A stretch of DNA of 64,000 bases from Octopus sinensis (GCF_006345805.1 NC_043000.1:30318001-30382000); one strand, 5' to 3'. Shown: positions 13,861 to 25,821, counted from the first letter of the stretch. Numbers and translations: made by a program. Notes: generated from the sequence alone by a model not told the origin.

Positions 13861-14030
13861 ACAAAGCTTGAACCTTCTTTCAGTTTCCGTCTACCAAATC
13901 TACTCACAAGGCTTTGATCGGCCTGAGGATATAGTAGAAAACACTTGCCGAAGGTGCCACACACTGGGACTGAACCTAGAACCATGTCGTTGGTAAGCAA
14001 GCTTCTTACCACACAGCCACACCTGCGCCT
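13450..14030 (-). mobile_element. SINE family A interrupted by a foldback insert in its internal microsatellite
   Basis: Head at 13870-14030 and mid-body at 13450-13535 match 27208-27601. Insert at 13610-13820. Confidence 0.8.
13610..13820. mobile_element. (TA)n-embedded foldback element (family G)
   Basis: 21-bp stem at 13610-13630 / 13644-13664 (1 mismatch, 13-nt loop). Body is homologous to the reverse complement of 52675-52845. Flanked by (TA)n. Confidence 0.75.
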
Positions 14031-14042
14031 ATATATATATAA

Positions 14043-14086
<44 letters not shown>

Positions 14087-15739
14087 ACGCACACACACAT
14101 GAATAAATTCGTCCAAGCTCTTTACTGCAGAAGACTTCTTTGCATAAAACGTCAGCAAAATAAGTTCTGAGCTTTTAAACACTATCCAGCAACAACATTT
14201 GAAACAGTTTTGATGTAAGTGCACCCTTGAGCTGATAGCAGAGGTACGACGAAATTTAGATGCTTCATATAATTTAATAGTAACTTTATTTGTTTTGGTG
14301 TATTTTCATGATTAAAATCACAATGCCACGATGTACTTTCTTTTATTTCAAATAGTCTTAGAATTCGTTATTTACCGAACAAATATAAAAGGAATTGAAT
14401 TTATGCAAAATTCTACTGGTAATTTTATTTTGATATTTCAGATTATAATTATAATTACAAATGATAAGATATAGTTGATTATTTTATGAATTTAAATTTC
14501 AAATCGCAAAGAAAAGATTGTGACAGATTCATACAAGATAGAAACTTTGACAGCGAAAAAGGTCATTGTTAATATTAATCTTTATATTTTAGATATATCA
14601 AGAGTGAGTGAAATACCGTGGTATTTGGGCGGGGAGAGAGAGGTTAAATTTTAGGCGAATGGGACATGTTTTTGTTTATTTCTGGAGATCACGGTAAATC
14701 TTAGTAGGTAGGGAAAGATAGAAGATTTTGGTGAGCTTGGTTTATTCTGTGATGCAATATTTTTAGGAAATGATTGGCACACAGTCAGAACCGGTGGCAT
14801 AATGGGTTTGAAGTGGCCGAAAATACTTCCTTCCTCGCCATCTGTTTATCCAAGCAGAAAGGTCGTCAGGACTGGAATGGATTAGAATTTTAGGAGATTC
14901 GGCAATGTGGAGTTGACTAAAAATCGGGCTTTACTGTGGGAAACTCATATGCGTATGTGTGAGCGGGGGACTGCTTATAGAAATATTTGTTTTGTAAAAT
15001 GGAAGGAAAGAGGATTCTGCAAAGTTGGTGGAAATCCTTTTCAAAAGGACTAAATAGGTTATTTGGAGTGGGTGAAGAGGTAAAACTCGTGAGCCATACA
15101 ATACAGGAATTCATTTGCCTTGCTCGGTAACGTCAATTTGAAGAAACGGTAGCAACTACTTTTTAAAATTCCCTGCAATGAAATTGACCTAAACGTAATG
15201 CCTGTCGTAGATAGAGACTTCGGGTCTGTGATAAACCGCCCCATTCCTAATTTACTAATAATGTAATCACCATTCCACACAAGAAATGTTCATTTAGCAT
15301 TTAAGCCGCTTCCATTTGTTTTGAAACCAGCGCAATGCGTTACCGTCTTTTATTACCCATATCTACAGAAACAGAATACAAACCGATCAATATTAAAGTA
15401 CTTGACAAACTTTTTAGACGTCGATTCAAGATGCGTAAATGAACTTCAGTGCCAGACCAATAATTCAAAATCTTCCCCTCTCATTTCCTCAACCCTTACT
15501 CACTCATTTACTCCCTCTCTCTCTTTCTTTCCCCCTCTCTATCTCTCTCACTCTCTCTCTCTCTCACACACACATACACACGCACACACACTTTCTAACT
15601 ATCGATCTCTTTATTCACCAATTTCTCGCTTTCTCTTTTACACATACACACACGCACACACATACATAAATGTAATTTGTCACATCTGATAAGACAGGTG
15701 TCAATATGTCTGTGTTTGAGAGTGTATACACACACACAG

Positions 15740-15810
<71 letters not shown>

Positions 15811-15941
15811 ATATATATATATATATCTATATACAAGCACATATTGGTATATATATATATGTATATATATATATGTATATATATATATATGTATATATAT
15901 ATATCTATATACAAGCACATATTGGTATATATACATATGTA

Positions 15942-15973
<32 letters not shown>

Positions 15974-17149
15974 CGTAAATAATATATATATATATATATA
16001 TATTTCTATAATATATATATATATTATATAGTCATTTACATATGTACATCAGAATGTGTTTGTATGTGTGTACTATTATTTCCATTACTATTTCTAAAAC
16101 AAATATACGACAAAAAGAAATGAAATACAAAATCTATTTCCTTCTTTTCGTTCTCAGTACATAGAATTTCGTTATTTATCTTCGAACCTAATCAATACAA
16201 AGTTAGTTTTCTCATAATAAATTACAACATATTAAACTTTCAAATAAAATATTAAGTGTAAGATAAAAACACACAAAATCTATGGTCACCTACATTACGA
16301 TGATTCAAGAACGTTTTTGTATATTTGTTATATTTTATTTTATCCAGTATTATCTAAAAGAAACAAAAAATAAAAAAGAATTAGTTATCTATGAATAATA
16401 GAATAAGATTAAAAATAGATTAATAAAAAATATTTAAACAAATTTCCAATTAACCAATTTTTTCTATTTGTCAGTTCTATTCACTTTCACTTTCATTACA
16501 GGGAAAATAACGTTTATGAAGCTGAGAAATTAATGCAAATTATCAGCAGCTCAGCTTCATTTAGCAGAGGTAGACAATGTTCTTTCGAGATTTTCTTCTT
16601 CATACGTAACCATAGAAAAAGTGTTACAAGTCTCTGAATATGTCATGTTAGATGATTGTTCAACGAATAAAATGTCACGTTAATAAAAGTCTTATTTCTT
16701 AACTTCAATTCTTTATTGTGTTACATTCAGAACTGTAACTGGATTATACATATTTCAGTGTTGTAGCTTTTTTTTTTACTTGTAAACCTTTAGATGAGCG
16801 CTAGGGGGGAAAATCGGTATTAACTTTTGTTACTACCCAACTCCATGTGGTGATGGATCGTGGGGCAGTTTTATTAGATGTCTGCGCATAGCGTTCGATA
16901 CGATAAGTAAGTTTAAGACCTGGAGCTGTTTTCCAATCATTCGATCTTGTCGCATTCAAAAGTCAGTGACATTTTATTTTCACACGATTTTGGCTTTATA
17001 ATCAATACCTCGCATCTCCTCAGGAGAAGGATGTCAATTTTAGCTACGTAGGCTGCAGGTACGTGAAATCGCCTTCCATAAGTTTATGATGTGCTACCTA
17101 GTCGCTTAAAATATGAGCCAATCGTTTTAAACTGTGTGGTAGAGTTTTG

Positions 17150-17512
17150 TGGCATTGTGGTAAAAAGTTTGCTGCCAAACCACATGGTTCTGGCTTCGGT
17201 CCTACAGCGTGGAACATTGGGTAAGTATCATTTACCATAGACTCGAGACGAACAATGTCTTATGTGTGGATTTGATAGGCGGAAATTGAAAGAAGCCCGT
17301 CATATATGCGTAAGCCCGTGTTGTGTGTGGGTGTGTGTATTTTTGTCTTCCACCACAGTCCACCTCAGTGTTGATGTGTCTTCGTTCACATAACTCAGCG
17401 GTTCGGCAAATAAGAGCGATAGAATAAGTACAAGGGTCGATTTGTTCGACCGAAATCCTTGAAGGCAATGACCCAGCATTTGTTGCAGTCTAATGATTGA
17501 AACTATTAAAAA
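17150..17512 (+). mobile_element. SINE family A, near full length, diverged
   Basis: Head, internal GT-rich tract and GGGTCGATTTGTTCGAC..CCAGCAT..AATGATTGAAAC tail. Confidence 0.8.
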
Positions 17513-17752
17513 ATTTACTCAATTAAGATATCATTATTGGGGTTCTAGGGCACGGTTAAAATTTTGTCATGGGTAGTTTGAAGTTTAGTCAAACCTATTT
17601 CATATTGATTAGAAAATATTTCTACTTGCAAGGAAAATGGGTAAAAGAAAATTTATATCACTCGAGAAGCATTTGATTTCAACAGTTTGCATTCTGAATT
17701 GAAACCGGCAACTGGGTCGATTTAACTCCCACTCGCTTGGTTTCATGAAATA

Positions 17753-18170
17753 TCTATATATATATAAAACTCAACTTGTGTGTCTGTGTCTTTAACTTCC
17801 TGGCACATCTCCTAGCCAACAAATCGTAGAACCACCAAACATGGGTCACTTAAGGTTTAGGCGAATGAAAATTGAACTGCGCTATTTCTGTCCCGAAATT
17901 CATCTCGCAAGTGCAAAAATCGATAATGTGTTTGTTTAGGCCTTATCCTATGCATTGAATAGTGAATTTTACTCAGTCAGCTGTTTGATGTGAACTGTGT
18001 TCATCACGCGTGCAAGCATGCGTAAATTGCATGAAAAATTAAAAAAATCAAGATATAAAAACGAATCGCCGTAAACATTGTAAAAATTCGGCAAAGAAAT
18101 GAATTTTCGGAATGTAGCCCGGAGGGTTTTTTCGTATTAATCGTTTGGACTTTGTGAACACATGCCAATT
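17753..18170 (+). mobile_element. Putative non-autonomous Helitron 5' part (second family)
   Basis: A|TCTATATATATATAAAA..TTGTGTGTCTGTG start parallels the adjacent Helitron start. No CTAG 3' end of its own was seen. Confidence 0.5.
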
Positions 18171-18171
18171 A

Positions 18172-18544
18172 TCTATATATATAAAGCTGAAGTTGTCTGT
18201 GTATGGCAGGTTTGGTAGCCTTCAACTAACACTATCTCCTCCGAGACCCTGCGGCGCAAGTTAACCAAAATTGAGAGTATGATAGAAGAAGGCTTGCTCT
18301 TCCTTCCGTAGAAGAAAAACTTCAAATCGGACCATGTTAACACCAAAAATTATTTACATCAAAAAGGTGCTTTTTTTTCTATGAAAATCCCTATTTTTTA
18401 CGATTTTTTGAATGCTGAGTCGCCATTTTTCGGTGTATTTCAACCAGAAAAATATTCACTTAAAGAGAATAACAAGCTACATAATGCAAAATTTTTACTT
18501 TTCAAAAATTCCAATCCTAAAGCAACGCCGGGTGATACTGCCAG
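18172..18544 (+). mobile_element. Non-autonomous Helitron
   Basis: 5' A|TCTATATATATAAAG and 3' GCAACGCCGGG..CCAG|T. Nearly identical to 47615-48006, which ends CTAG|T. Confidence 0.75.
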
Positions 18545-18853
18545 TATAAATATACATGGAATTCAATAAATATATATTTTTTTGCACAAATGTAAGCTCA
18601 GTAGTTGAAGGCAACTATATTGATGATATTAATTTCCTGTACATTTTAAAGCGTTGTCTTAATGTCACAAATGATAAGAAGTAATATTCTGTCACAAAAT
18701 AATCAACTATTTGATGAGATTTTGTTGTGGTTTGTATTTTCTAAATTTTCATCTCAGTTACGTTTGTATGAATAAACGAGTGTATCTAAAGCATGTTTAC
18801 TTCATGGCACCACCATAATCGGTCGTGCTTCATTTTTCATTTTTTCCGTAAAT

Positions 18854-18941
18854 CTAACCCTAAAACCCCAACCTTAACCCTAACCCTAACCCTAAAACCC
18901 CAACCCTAACCCTAATCCTAAAACCCTAACCCTAACCCTAA
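18854..18941. repeat. Interstitial telomere-like (TAACCC)n array
   Basis: About 14 degenerate CCCTAA units with a recurring TAAAACCCCAACC variant. Confidence 0.85.
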
Positions 18942-18949
18942 TGTCTTAA

Positions 18950-19230
18950 AGCTAAATCAGTACAAATGCACGAACGATGTCATAAATAACAGTGACAAAC
19001 GAAATATACGCTGCCGTAATTTTATTCAGCTGAATACACGTCATTGATTGGTTGAAATTACCGAAATACGACAACTTTAACAAGAAATATCTTCCAAAAT
19101 ACAGAATTTTCTCAACAACGTCAAGAGTAAAAGATGTTTTATGTGAAACATTCTACAAATATACGAAGTTTGAAAGTGTTTAGTTACAAAAAATAATTTT
19201 TTTAATCTGTCGGTCAAAACGTAAAGATCT
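18950..19230 (-). mobile_element. Diverged relative of the 7176-7597 MITE (one arm)
   Basis: About 19035-19230 aligns with the reverse complement of 7176-7370, ending AATCTGTCGGTCAAAACGTAAAGATCT (degenerate TIR). The partner TIR was not found. Confidence 0.7.
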
Positions 19231-19918
19231 GAAGTTACAACGCAAGCTTTGCCTAGAATTATATTTTAAAAAAACACACCATTTTTATTAATTTCAGTTT
19301 GGATGTTCTTTCGCAGCACACCTGAACCGATAAAGTAAACGGTAGATGTTGAAAATCAGAAGAAAGTATACTTGTCTAAAATCTAAGTGAGAAATAATTC
19401 GTAATGGTTACATTTCAACCATAACGAAACTGTCTGCCAGAAAAAAGAATTCTGTAACAAAGTAATAAAGAAAATATCTATCATTAAGTATTCATTGTTC
19501 AGCAATAACCTCAGTTATGTCCAATTTGGCCGATCATCAGACAGCGGAGCGTCTTTATTTTATTTAGCTAAACTGGAAAGGATTTCACAGAATTTAATGT
19601 ACGATGTAGATTTCTCTTCACACCATTTATTCTCACAATTAATTAAGCCGACAGATGCTACACATATAAATGGATGCCGGAATTTATAGTACTTCTTCCG
19701 AAACAAATAACTGCCAAGGAATTAACTTTTTTTTTCTGATTTACACGGCTTTTGATGTGAACTCGTGTCTTGAAACCGATGCTGTATTTCGGGAAGGTCT
19801 ATATGCCAATAATAAACACTCGTACTGGTTGTATTTCACTTATTATTTGTCACGGGATTTACTATTCAACAAATTAGATAATTGATTGTTTGATTACTGA
19901 TTCCTCTAATCAAGTAAT

Positions 19919-20050
19919 GAGCTATATTTGTTAAAGTCCTTTCGGCGCCAATCATTTGACTCCGGGTCTACTTCAGCTAACCTGGTTAAGGAAGAAATTT
20001 CCTTTATGAGGTTTCGAATGTTTACGAAAGGACTTTAACAAACATAACTC
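19919..20050. repeat. 26-bp inverted repeat (24/26) with 80-bp spacer
   Basis: GAGCTATATTTGTTAAAGTCCTTTCG at 19919-19944 versus CGAAAGGACTTTAACAAACATAACTC at 20025-20050; weaker symmetry extends outward. Confidence 0.8.
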
Positions 20051-21151
20051 CTTGATTAACTGAACGAACAATGAACGAATCAATTAGTTAATTGATCAAA
20101 TAACGAAATAATTAGCAAATAATGAAGAAGTTAAACAGAACCAGTGCGTGTGGTTATTACTGGCATAAGACCCATCCCTAGATACATCAGAATTGAATCT
20201 CTCCTTACTTTAAATTCTTTAAGTCTGTATCAAATATGTTTCCCTTCCGTCTCTCATGTTCTCTATTTTTGTGAGGGTCTGGTTGTATTCTGTTTCACAA
20301 AGTGGGATTCATATTTTGTTTCCTTAGAATCCCATTCTCCCCAAGTCAGCTCCTGACTTGGATGAAGACTGCACAAACACTTCAAGCTGTTGCTCTATTA
20401 TATGGGAAACCATTGCCTCGGCGATTCTCTTTATTCAGTTCGCTAAAATTTGCAGCAGCATGGATACCACTGTTTTCTACTTGGATCATTAATTCTCTGC
20501 TGCTATTCAATTTCAATTCAAAATTTGTTTTAGAAAATATCAAAGAAAATTTGAACGTTAAATTTTCTTTATATGTTTATCAAATTTAAATGAATCCACG
20601 AACATTATTGACAATAAGGCAAGCGATACATGCATCTGAAAGACTTAATGTTAAAGTAATAAATATTTAATTCTATTATTGTTGCTAGGCTCCAAAGATC
20701 CAGCGTCTCTGCAACCTTTAATGCCTGGACCTCGTGACACAGCTAAACCACCATTAACACCAGGGTGGGTTGGCTATTATTCGTAAATAGAATTGGTCGA
20801 GCAGGCTAACTTGGAATATCAGAATTGTGATTGCAGCATTAAATACGAAACTGATGCTGCAATTGCTAAAGAGAGTTAAATGTCCCAGGACAAAATGATT
20901 AATTAACTTCAAATGATGACATAAAATATTAATTACATTGCATGTGTCAAAACCTGTGATTGATGAAAAGATTGTCTTTGTAATGTCTTTTTCAAAACTC
21001 AATTTCTCGAGTGTTGTATTTGTTAATTTACTTAGAATTTATTATTTTGCAATGCTATCATTTAATTTAACATGCATACAAAACATTTCGTTCGAAGTAA
21101 ATGTATAAATGTACATATTCGCACACGTACATACAAATATATTTACATATA

Positions 21152-21870
21152 TAGGGTGCGGTGAATATATTGTCATCTAAATTACACAAAAATGGAAATA
21201 ACACTGATATCTCATTTTAACACATTTACTAAAATAACATAAAATATCTTGAAATACTATACAGTAATTTATTCAATAAAATCGCCATTGGCTTCCACCA
21301 CGACCTCCAGACGACTTCGCAATCTCCTGCAACTCTTTTGGACGGTCTCCTTGTTTAGGTTGGTGAATGCTGCCATAGTCCTTGCCTTCAGTTCATCTTT
21401 GGTGTCACAAGGAGTTTTGTTGGTCTCTCGCTCAACGGCACCCCACACATAATAATCAATGGGGTCGCAGAAACTATCTCACAGCTACGGCTGGGTTATC
21501 TTACTTGTATGGCAGAGTGCAGAGTTTTGGTACAGGGTTCTGTCTTCCAGCAGCTATCCTCTTGACTCAGGGTACCACTACCTCCTCCGTGTGGGAAGAT
21601 GAATGTTAGCATAACGGCGCCCTCAATAGTGATCTCGCCAAACCCCATGATATTGACTTGATGTTTGATTTTTATCCCTCATGGTACATGTTCTGTGATT
21701 ACACTCTCCTCAGATTGACACCCAAACTCCCTGAGATGTTCGTATTGGAGAGCCGCCGGCACTAATGCCAAGCAGTGGAGCAACCCATTTCCAAATTTCT
21801 GGGAGAGTGAATTGTGTCATGGTGCTCTTTTTCGCACAGACGGTGCTCAATAGACCCTACTATACTCTGT
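21152..21870 (-). mobile_element. Deleted Tc1/mariner-superfamily (maT/DD37D-like) transposon remnant
   Basis: Minus-strand peptides DPIDYYVWGAVERETNKTPCDTKDELKARTMAAFTNLNKETVQKSCRRLRSRLEVVVEANGDFIE* (stop at 21269-21271) and KHQVNIMGFGEITIEG. TA|TAGGGTGCGG terminus at 21152; other end degenerate. Confidence 0.8.
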
Positions 21871-22240
21871 AGTCAACAAAATCAAAGAAGGCGCATGCGC
21901 GATGTTAAAATATAAAATATGCCATGTATCTCCCAGGCTCTGTTTATAGGTTAGATATATTTTGAAAGCCAGGATGATTCATAGCGAGAAACTAAGAAAA
22001 GAGAGAAAAAAAAAGCAAAATGAGAAGAAAAACGCGAAGAAGGTTGAACGAAATGAAAGAAACGAAAGCAAGAAAACTAAAATCCGAGTCGTCCCTGATT
22101 GCAGAAACCATATTAAGTAATGCAGTTGGTATAGAACGCTATAACAGAAAATATAATTCGATTTATACACTCTTTTCTTGTTAATTACCCGAACCTAACA
22201 GTTCAGGAAAGCAGCCTGATGAGGTAAATACCAAACTTTA

Positions 22241-22340
22241 AAAAATAAGTTCTGGGGTCGATTTGTTCGACTAAAACCCTTCAGGGCGGTGCTCCAGCAT
22301 GATCATAAGCCAATGACTGAAACTAGTAAACAGGAAAAGT
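22241..22340 (+). mobile_element. SINE family A 3' tail
   Basis: GGGGTCGATTTGTTCGACT..GGCGGTGCTCCAGCATG..AATGACTGAAAC. Confidence 0.8.
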
Positions 22341-22844
22341 TAATATCACAAAGTGCTTGCTTAAATAGATATAGCTAAACGAATGCAGTAAAATAATAGT
22401 AATGAAGGAGGTTGTTAGTGGCCCAACTGTCCATAAATGAAGTTTGGGCGATGATGTCTCGAATTCGATATCATACCGCCGGGATGATGTGAATAGGGAT
22501 CTCGATTAAGAGGAGATTGACTAGGTGGAAGTTGTATGGAAGCAAACATGTCCTGAGATCAGTAACCGTTGCAGTATGGTAAAAATAGCGAAACAAGCGT
22601 CAACACTTTTGTATGTCAAAGAGCTTTACGTGTCTGCGAGGAGTTACTTAATATTTTGGATTCTACACATAATTTTCGTTAAAAGCTTTCCGGTCAGGAA
22701 CTATCAGGTTCTTATTCACGCAGATTCGGAACATGTTTCTTCAAGCCAAATTCTACAGTCGTAAACGCTACAGAGTTCCAATAGAATGTTACTCAAATAT
22801 TTCCACGTGTTTTAGATAATGGCATCTGCAGCACCAAATGTAGA

Positions 22845-22985
22845 GTACATTATTTACATTTGACGGTTATTTGTCCTCTTGTTTGTTGTTAACACATCAT
22901 TTCGGCTGATATACCCTCCAGCCTTCATCAGGTGTCTTAGGAAAATTTCGAACCTGGGTTCTCATTCCTAAGGTATTTTACGACG
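22845..22985 (-). mobile_element. Family E 3' (hammerhead) module, separated from its head by the R4/Dong insertion
   Basis: Reverse complement of 25997-26140; abuts (TAT)n at 22986-23061. Confidence 0.88.
22891..22936 (-). ncRNA. Minimal type I hammerhead motif (core intact, cleavage site mutated)
   Basis: GACAC-CUGAUGA-A-GGCUG-GAGGGUAUAU-CAGCC-GAAA-UGAU-GUGUU. The required U16.1 is replaced by A. Confidence 0.7.
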
Positions 22986-23027
22986 TTATTATTATTATTA
23001 TTATTATTATCATTATTATTATTATTA

Positions 23028-23062
<35 letters not shown>

Positions 23063-23258
23063 TATGTTTGACTTTTGCTTTATGTCTGTACAAGTTGGCT
23101 CCAAGTCTCACCCAGAGACCTCAAGAGACAACAGGTTGGAAGTTCTGTGCCATATATTTGGGGGTTTTTTGGGTTTTTTTTTGGTGTTGTACTAGTGAAT
23201 GTCTAATACATAAAAAAAATAATAAATAAATAAAAAAAGTTTGTTTTAAACCTTGGGA

Positions 23259-24743
23259 TTACATAGAGAGTATTTTGCGTAGGATATGAGCAGTTCCCAT
23301 GAGCACTATCTTTTGAATTTCTGCCATTTTGGGGTTTCCTGGTATCTGAGTTAGGTAGCAATCAGTCCCTTTCGCTATCATTCCCAGGGCACCTATGACA
23401 ACAGGTATTGTTTTAGTCTTCAGCTTCCACATTTTGCTGATTTCTATTTCAAGATCTTTATATTTGCTCAGTTTTTGGTAGGTCTTGACAGATACGTTTA
23501 TATCGATTGGGACAGTCATATCAATGAGGAGGCATGTTCTTTGTCTGAAGTCTTTCAATATAATGTCTGGCCTATTTGCATCTATCTTCCTGTCAGTTTG
23601 AATGGTGAAGTTCCAGAGGAGTGAGATGTGGTCATTTTCAAGCACAGGAGGTGGATTGTGTTCCCCCCATTTTTTTTCGTGGGGCAAATCCAGGTTTTTG
23701 CAAATTACCCAGTGAATATATTGTGCAGCTCTATCATGCCTACTGAGGTACTCTGTAGGCGCTAGAAGACTGCATTTGGAGACAACATGGTCAATGGTTT
23801 CATTTTGTTGTCGGCATACACGACATGTTGGGCTACTGCCGTTCTTTAATATGTTGGCCTGGTAGTTTCTTGTTGGTAGGCATTGATCTTGAGCTGCTAT
23901 GATAAACCCCTCTGTTTCAGATTTTAAGCCAGAGGCCATTAGCCATTGATGGGTCAGGGCTTTGTCGATATCTGCATTATTCGTTCTCTTTGGGTATTTG
24001 CCATAGAGAGGTTTTTCTTGCCATTTATTATTCAGAATATCTAAGGCCGCAGTTTTGGCACGGGTTTTCATGCGCCTAGCTTTTTCTGTGCTTGTTTCTT
24101 GTATATCTATCTCCAATTCCGAGATTGGTTGTATTCGGAATTCACTTAGATATTCCTTTGCCTGTTTTGTGACTGAGTATGATGCTTTCTTGTTTTCATG
24201 TTTTGAGACAAGTTTTAACATCCAGTCCTCAGAGTTTTTCAGGTAGGTGTCTAGGCCAATTGTAGCAATCTTCATTGTTATTGCCAGTTGCAAAAGACCA
24301 CGGCCTCCCTCTTTTCTTGGCAGATAGAGTCGTTCTGTATCTGCCTTAGGGTGGTGCATTCTATGCATTGTCAACAGTTTCCTTATTTTTCTGTCGAGCT
24401 GACATATTTCAGTAATTGACCAGTTAACAATATTGAAACTGTAAGTCACGACTGGTATGGCTAATGCATTGATTGCTTCGATCCTGTTTCTTGCATTCAG
24501 CTCTGTCTTGAGTATTGCTCTCACTCTTCGATAGCATTCTCTCCTGATCCTTTCCTTCATCTCTGAATGCCTTATTCCGTTCCCTTCAATTACCCCTAGG
24601 TACTTGTAGCTCTCTGCTGGGTCTAGTTCTTTTATGACATTCTGTTGGTCAAGGTTAACGTTAGATGTTTCTGTCATTTTTTCCTTTGATAAAGGTAGCC
24701 TTTGCACATTTATCGAGGCCGAATTGCATTCTGATGTCGTCAC
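23259..24743 (-). CDS. C-terminal part of the R4/Dong ORF: thumb, zinc knuckle and RLE endonuclease
   Basis: YKYLG, LYLPRKEGGRGL, CRVCRQQNETIDHVVSKC, RHD, NRPDIILKD..LIDMTVP..KLSKYKDL. Joined to the RT ORF by a 1-nt frameshift in the T6 run at 24677-24682. Confidence 0.9.
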   Translation of the reverse strand: MTTSECNSASINVQRLPLSKEKMTETSNVNLDQQNVIKELDPAESYKYLGVIEGNGIRHSEMKERIRRECYRRVRAILKTELNARNRIEAINALAIPVVTYSFNIVNWSITEICQLDRKIRKLLTMHRMHHPKADTERLYLPRKEGGRGLLQLAITMKIATIGLDTYLKNSEDWMLKLVSKHENKKASYSVTKQAKEYLSEFRIQPISELEIDIQETSTEKARRMKTRAKTAALDILNNKWQEKPLYGKYPKRTNNADIDKALTHQWLMASGLKSETEGFIIAAQDQCLPTRNYQANILKNGSSPTCRVCRQQNETIDHVVSKCSLLAPTEYLSRHDRAAQYIHWVICKNLDLPHEKKWGEHNPPPVLENDHISLLWNFTIQTDRKIDANRPDIILKDFRQRTCLLIDMTVPIDINVSVKTYQKLSKYKDLEIEISKMWKLKTKTIPVVIGALGMIAKGTDCYLTQIPGNPKMAEIQKIVLMGTAHILRKILSM

Positions 24744-25602
24744 TGAATTGTTTGACTATCGCTAGTAAGCCCTTGAGTTGTTGATCATTTTTTGCAAAAA
24801 GCTTTAAATCATCCATGTAAACGAGATGATTTATATTTTTATCAAACATTTTATACCCGTACTGCGCGTCATTGAGCAGCTTTGAGAGAGGTATTAAGGA
24901 TACACAAAAGAGAAGTGGTGACAGTGAGTCACCCTGGAAAATGCCACACGAAATTTTTACATCACCAGCATTTAGGGATTCATTGTCACTGTTCAGAGTT
25001 AGTGTGGTTCTCCATGATCTCATACTTACAGTCAAGAAGTTTCGCAGAGTAGGTGCTATCTTATACATTTCCAGGCATTTCCTAATCCAGCTATGTGGTA
25101 GGCTATCAAGAGCCTTTTTATAGTCTATCCAGGCTATTGATAAGTTTTTGTGTCGTTTGTGACAATCTTCTAAGATCATCTTATTAATGAGTAGTTGGTC
25201 TTTACAGCCGTAGGATCCACGTTTACATCCTTTCTGTTCATTAGGGAATATGCTGCTGTCTGTTAAAAAACTATAGGTATATTCCGTCAGGACAGATGTT
25301 AGTGTTTTGTACATAGTTGTTAAGCAGGTTATGGGTCTATAGTTTTTTGGTTCATTTGTTTCTTCACTTTTTGGAAGCAGGAATGTTAGCCCATTAACTA
25401 GCCAAGAAGGCATCCTACTAGGGTGTTGCAAAACATCATTGTACAGTTCTGTTAGCAGTTCATGGCTCTCTGGGAAGGCATTCAGCCAGAAGTTAGGAAT
25501 TTTATCCCTTCCTGGAGACTTCCATTTGCTTAACCTCCTGAGAGCAGATCTTATATCTTCTACCTTGACACCCTCCCACTTTTGCTCTTCTAAGGGGTCC
25601 AA
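24661..25602 (-). CDS. Reverse transcriptase domain of the R4/Dong element (313-aa ORF)
   Basis: KSPGRD, NYRPITCL, AWIDYKKALDS, GIFQGDSLSPLLF, HLVYMDDLKLFAK, FGLDKCA. Confidence 0.9.
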   Translation of the reverse strand: MDPLEEQKWEGVKVEDIRSALRRLSKWKSPGRDKIPNFWLNAFPESHELLTELYNDVLQHPSRMPSWLVNGLTFLLPKSEETNEPKNYRPITCLTTMYKTLTSVLTEYTYSFLTDSSIFPNEQKGCKRGSYGCKDQLLINKMILEDCHKRHKNLSIAWIDYKKALDSLPHSWIRKCLEMYKIAPTLRNFLTVSMRSWRTTLTLNSDNESLNAGDVKISCGIFQGDSLSPLLFCVSLIPLSKLLNDAQYGYKMFDKNINHLVYMDDLKLFAKNDQQLKGLLAIVKQFSDDIRMQFGLDKCAKATFIKGKNDRNI

Positions 25603-25664
25603 TTCTGTAGATATTCTGTCAATCCAGGGGGCCTTTTCGTTGTGTGTTTTTTCTTCTGCTCAGA

Positions 25665-25722
<58 letters not shown>

Positions 25723-25745
25723 GTTATTGTTATTATTATTATTAT

Positions 25746-25821
25746 TCAGGTCACTGCTTGGAATCGAACTCGGAAACTTGGGGTCAGTTGCCCGCGCTCT
25801 TAGCCACTACGCCATGTGCCC
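25746..25821 (-). mobile_element. Family E tRNA-like head (belongs to the split copy)
   Basis: Reverse complement: GGGCACATGGCGTAGTGGCTAAGAGCGCGGGC..GAGTTCGATTCCAAGCAGTGACCTGA, containing A and B boxes. Confidence 0.88.

Larger units (their letters stand above)
23062..25668 (-). mobile_element. 5'-truncated R4/Dong-clade non-LTR retrotransposon inserted in (TAA)n
   Basis: RT followed by CCHC knuckle and PD-(D/E)xK restriction-like endonuclease, with a 3' UTR at 23062-23258. (TAA)n tracts on both sides (22986-23061 and 25669-25745). Confidence 0.93.

Noticed and set aside
14131-14214. 84-nt segment with strong acceptor and GTAAGT donor
   Set aside because: Stop codons in all three frames; at most a non-coding exon, which I cannot support.
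14680-15290. Possible degenerate retroelement coding remnant on the minus strand
   Set aside because: No diagnostic RT or endonuclease motif could be read.
16502-16569. Possible 68-nt exon (ENNVYEAEKLMQIISSSASFSR) after a good polypyrimidine acceptor
   Set aside because: Weak donor (GTAGAC), no recognisable homology and no compatible neighbouring exons identified.
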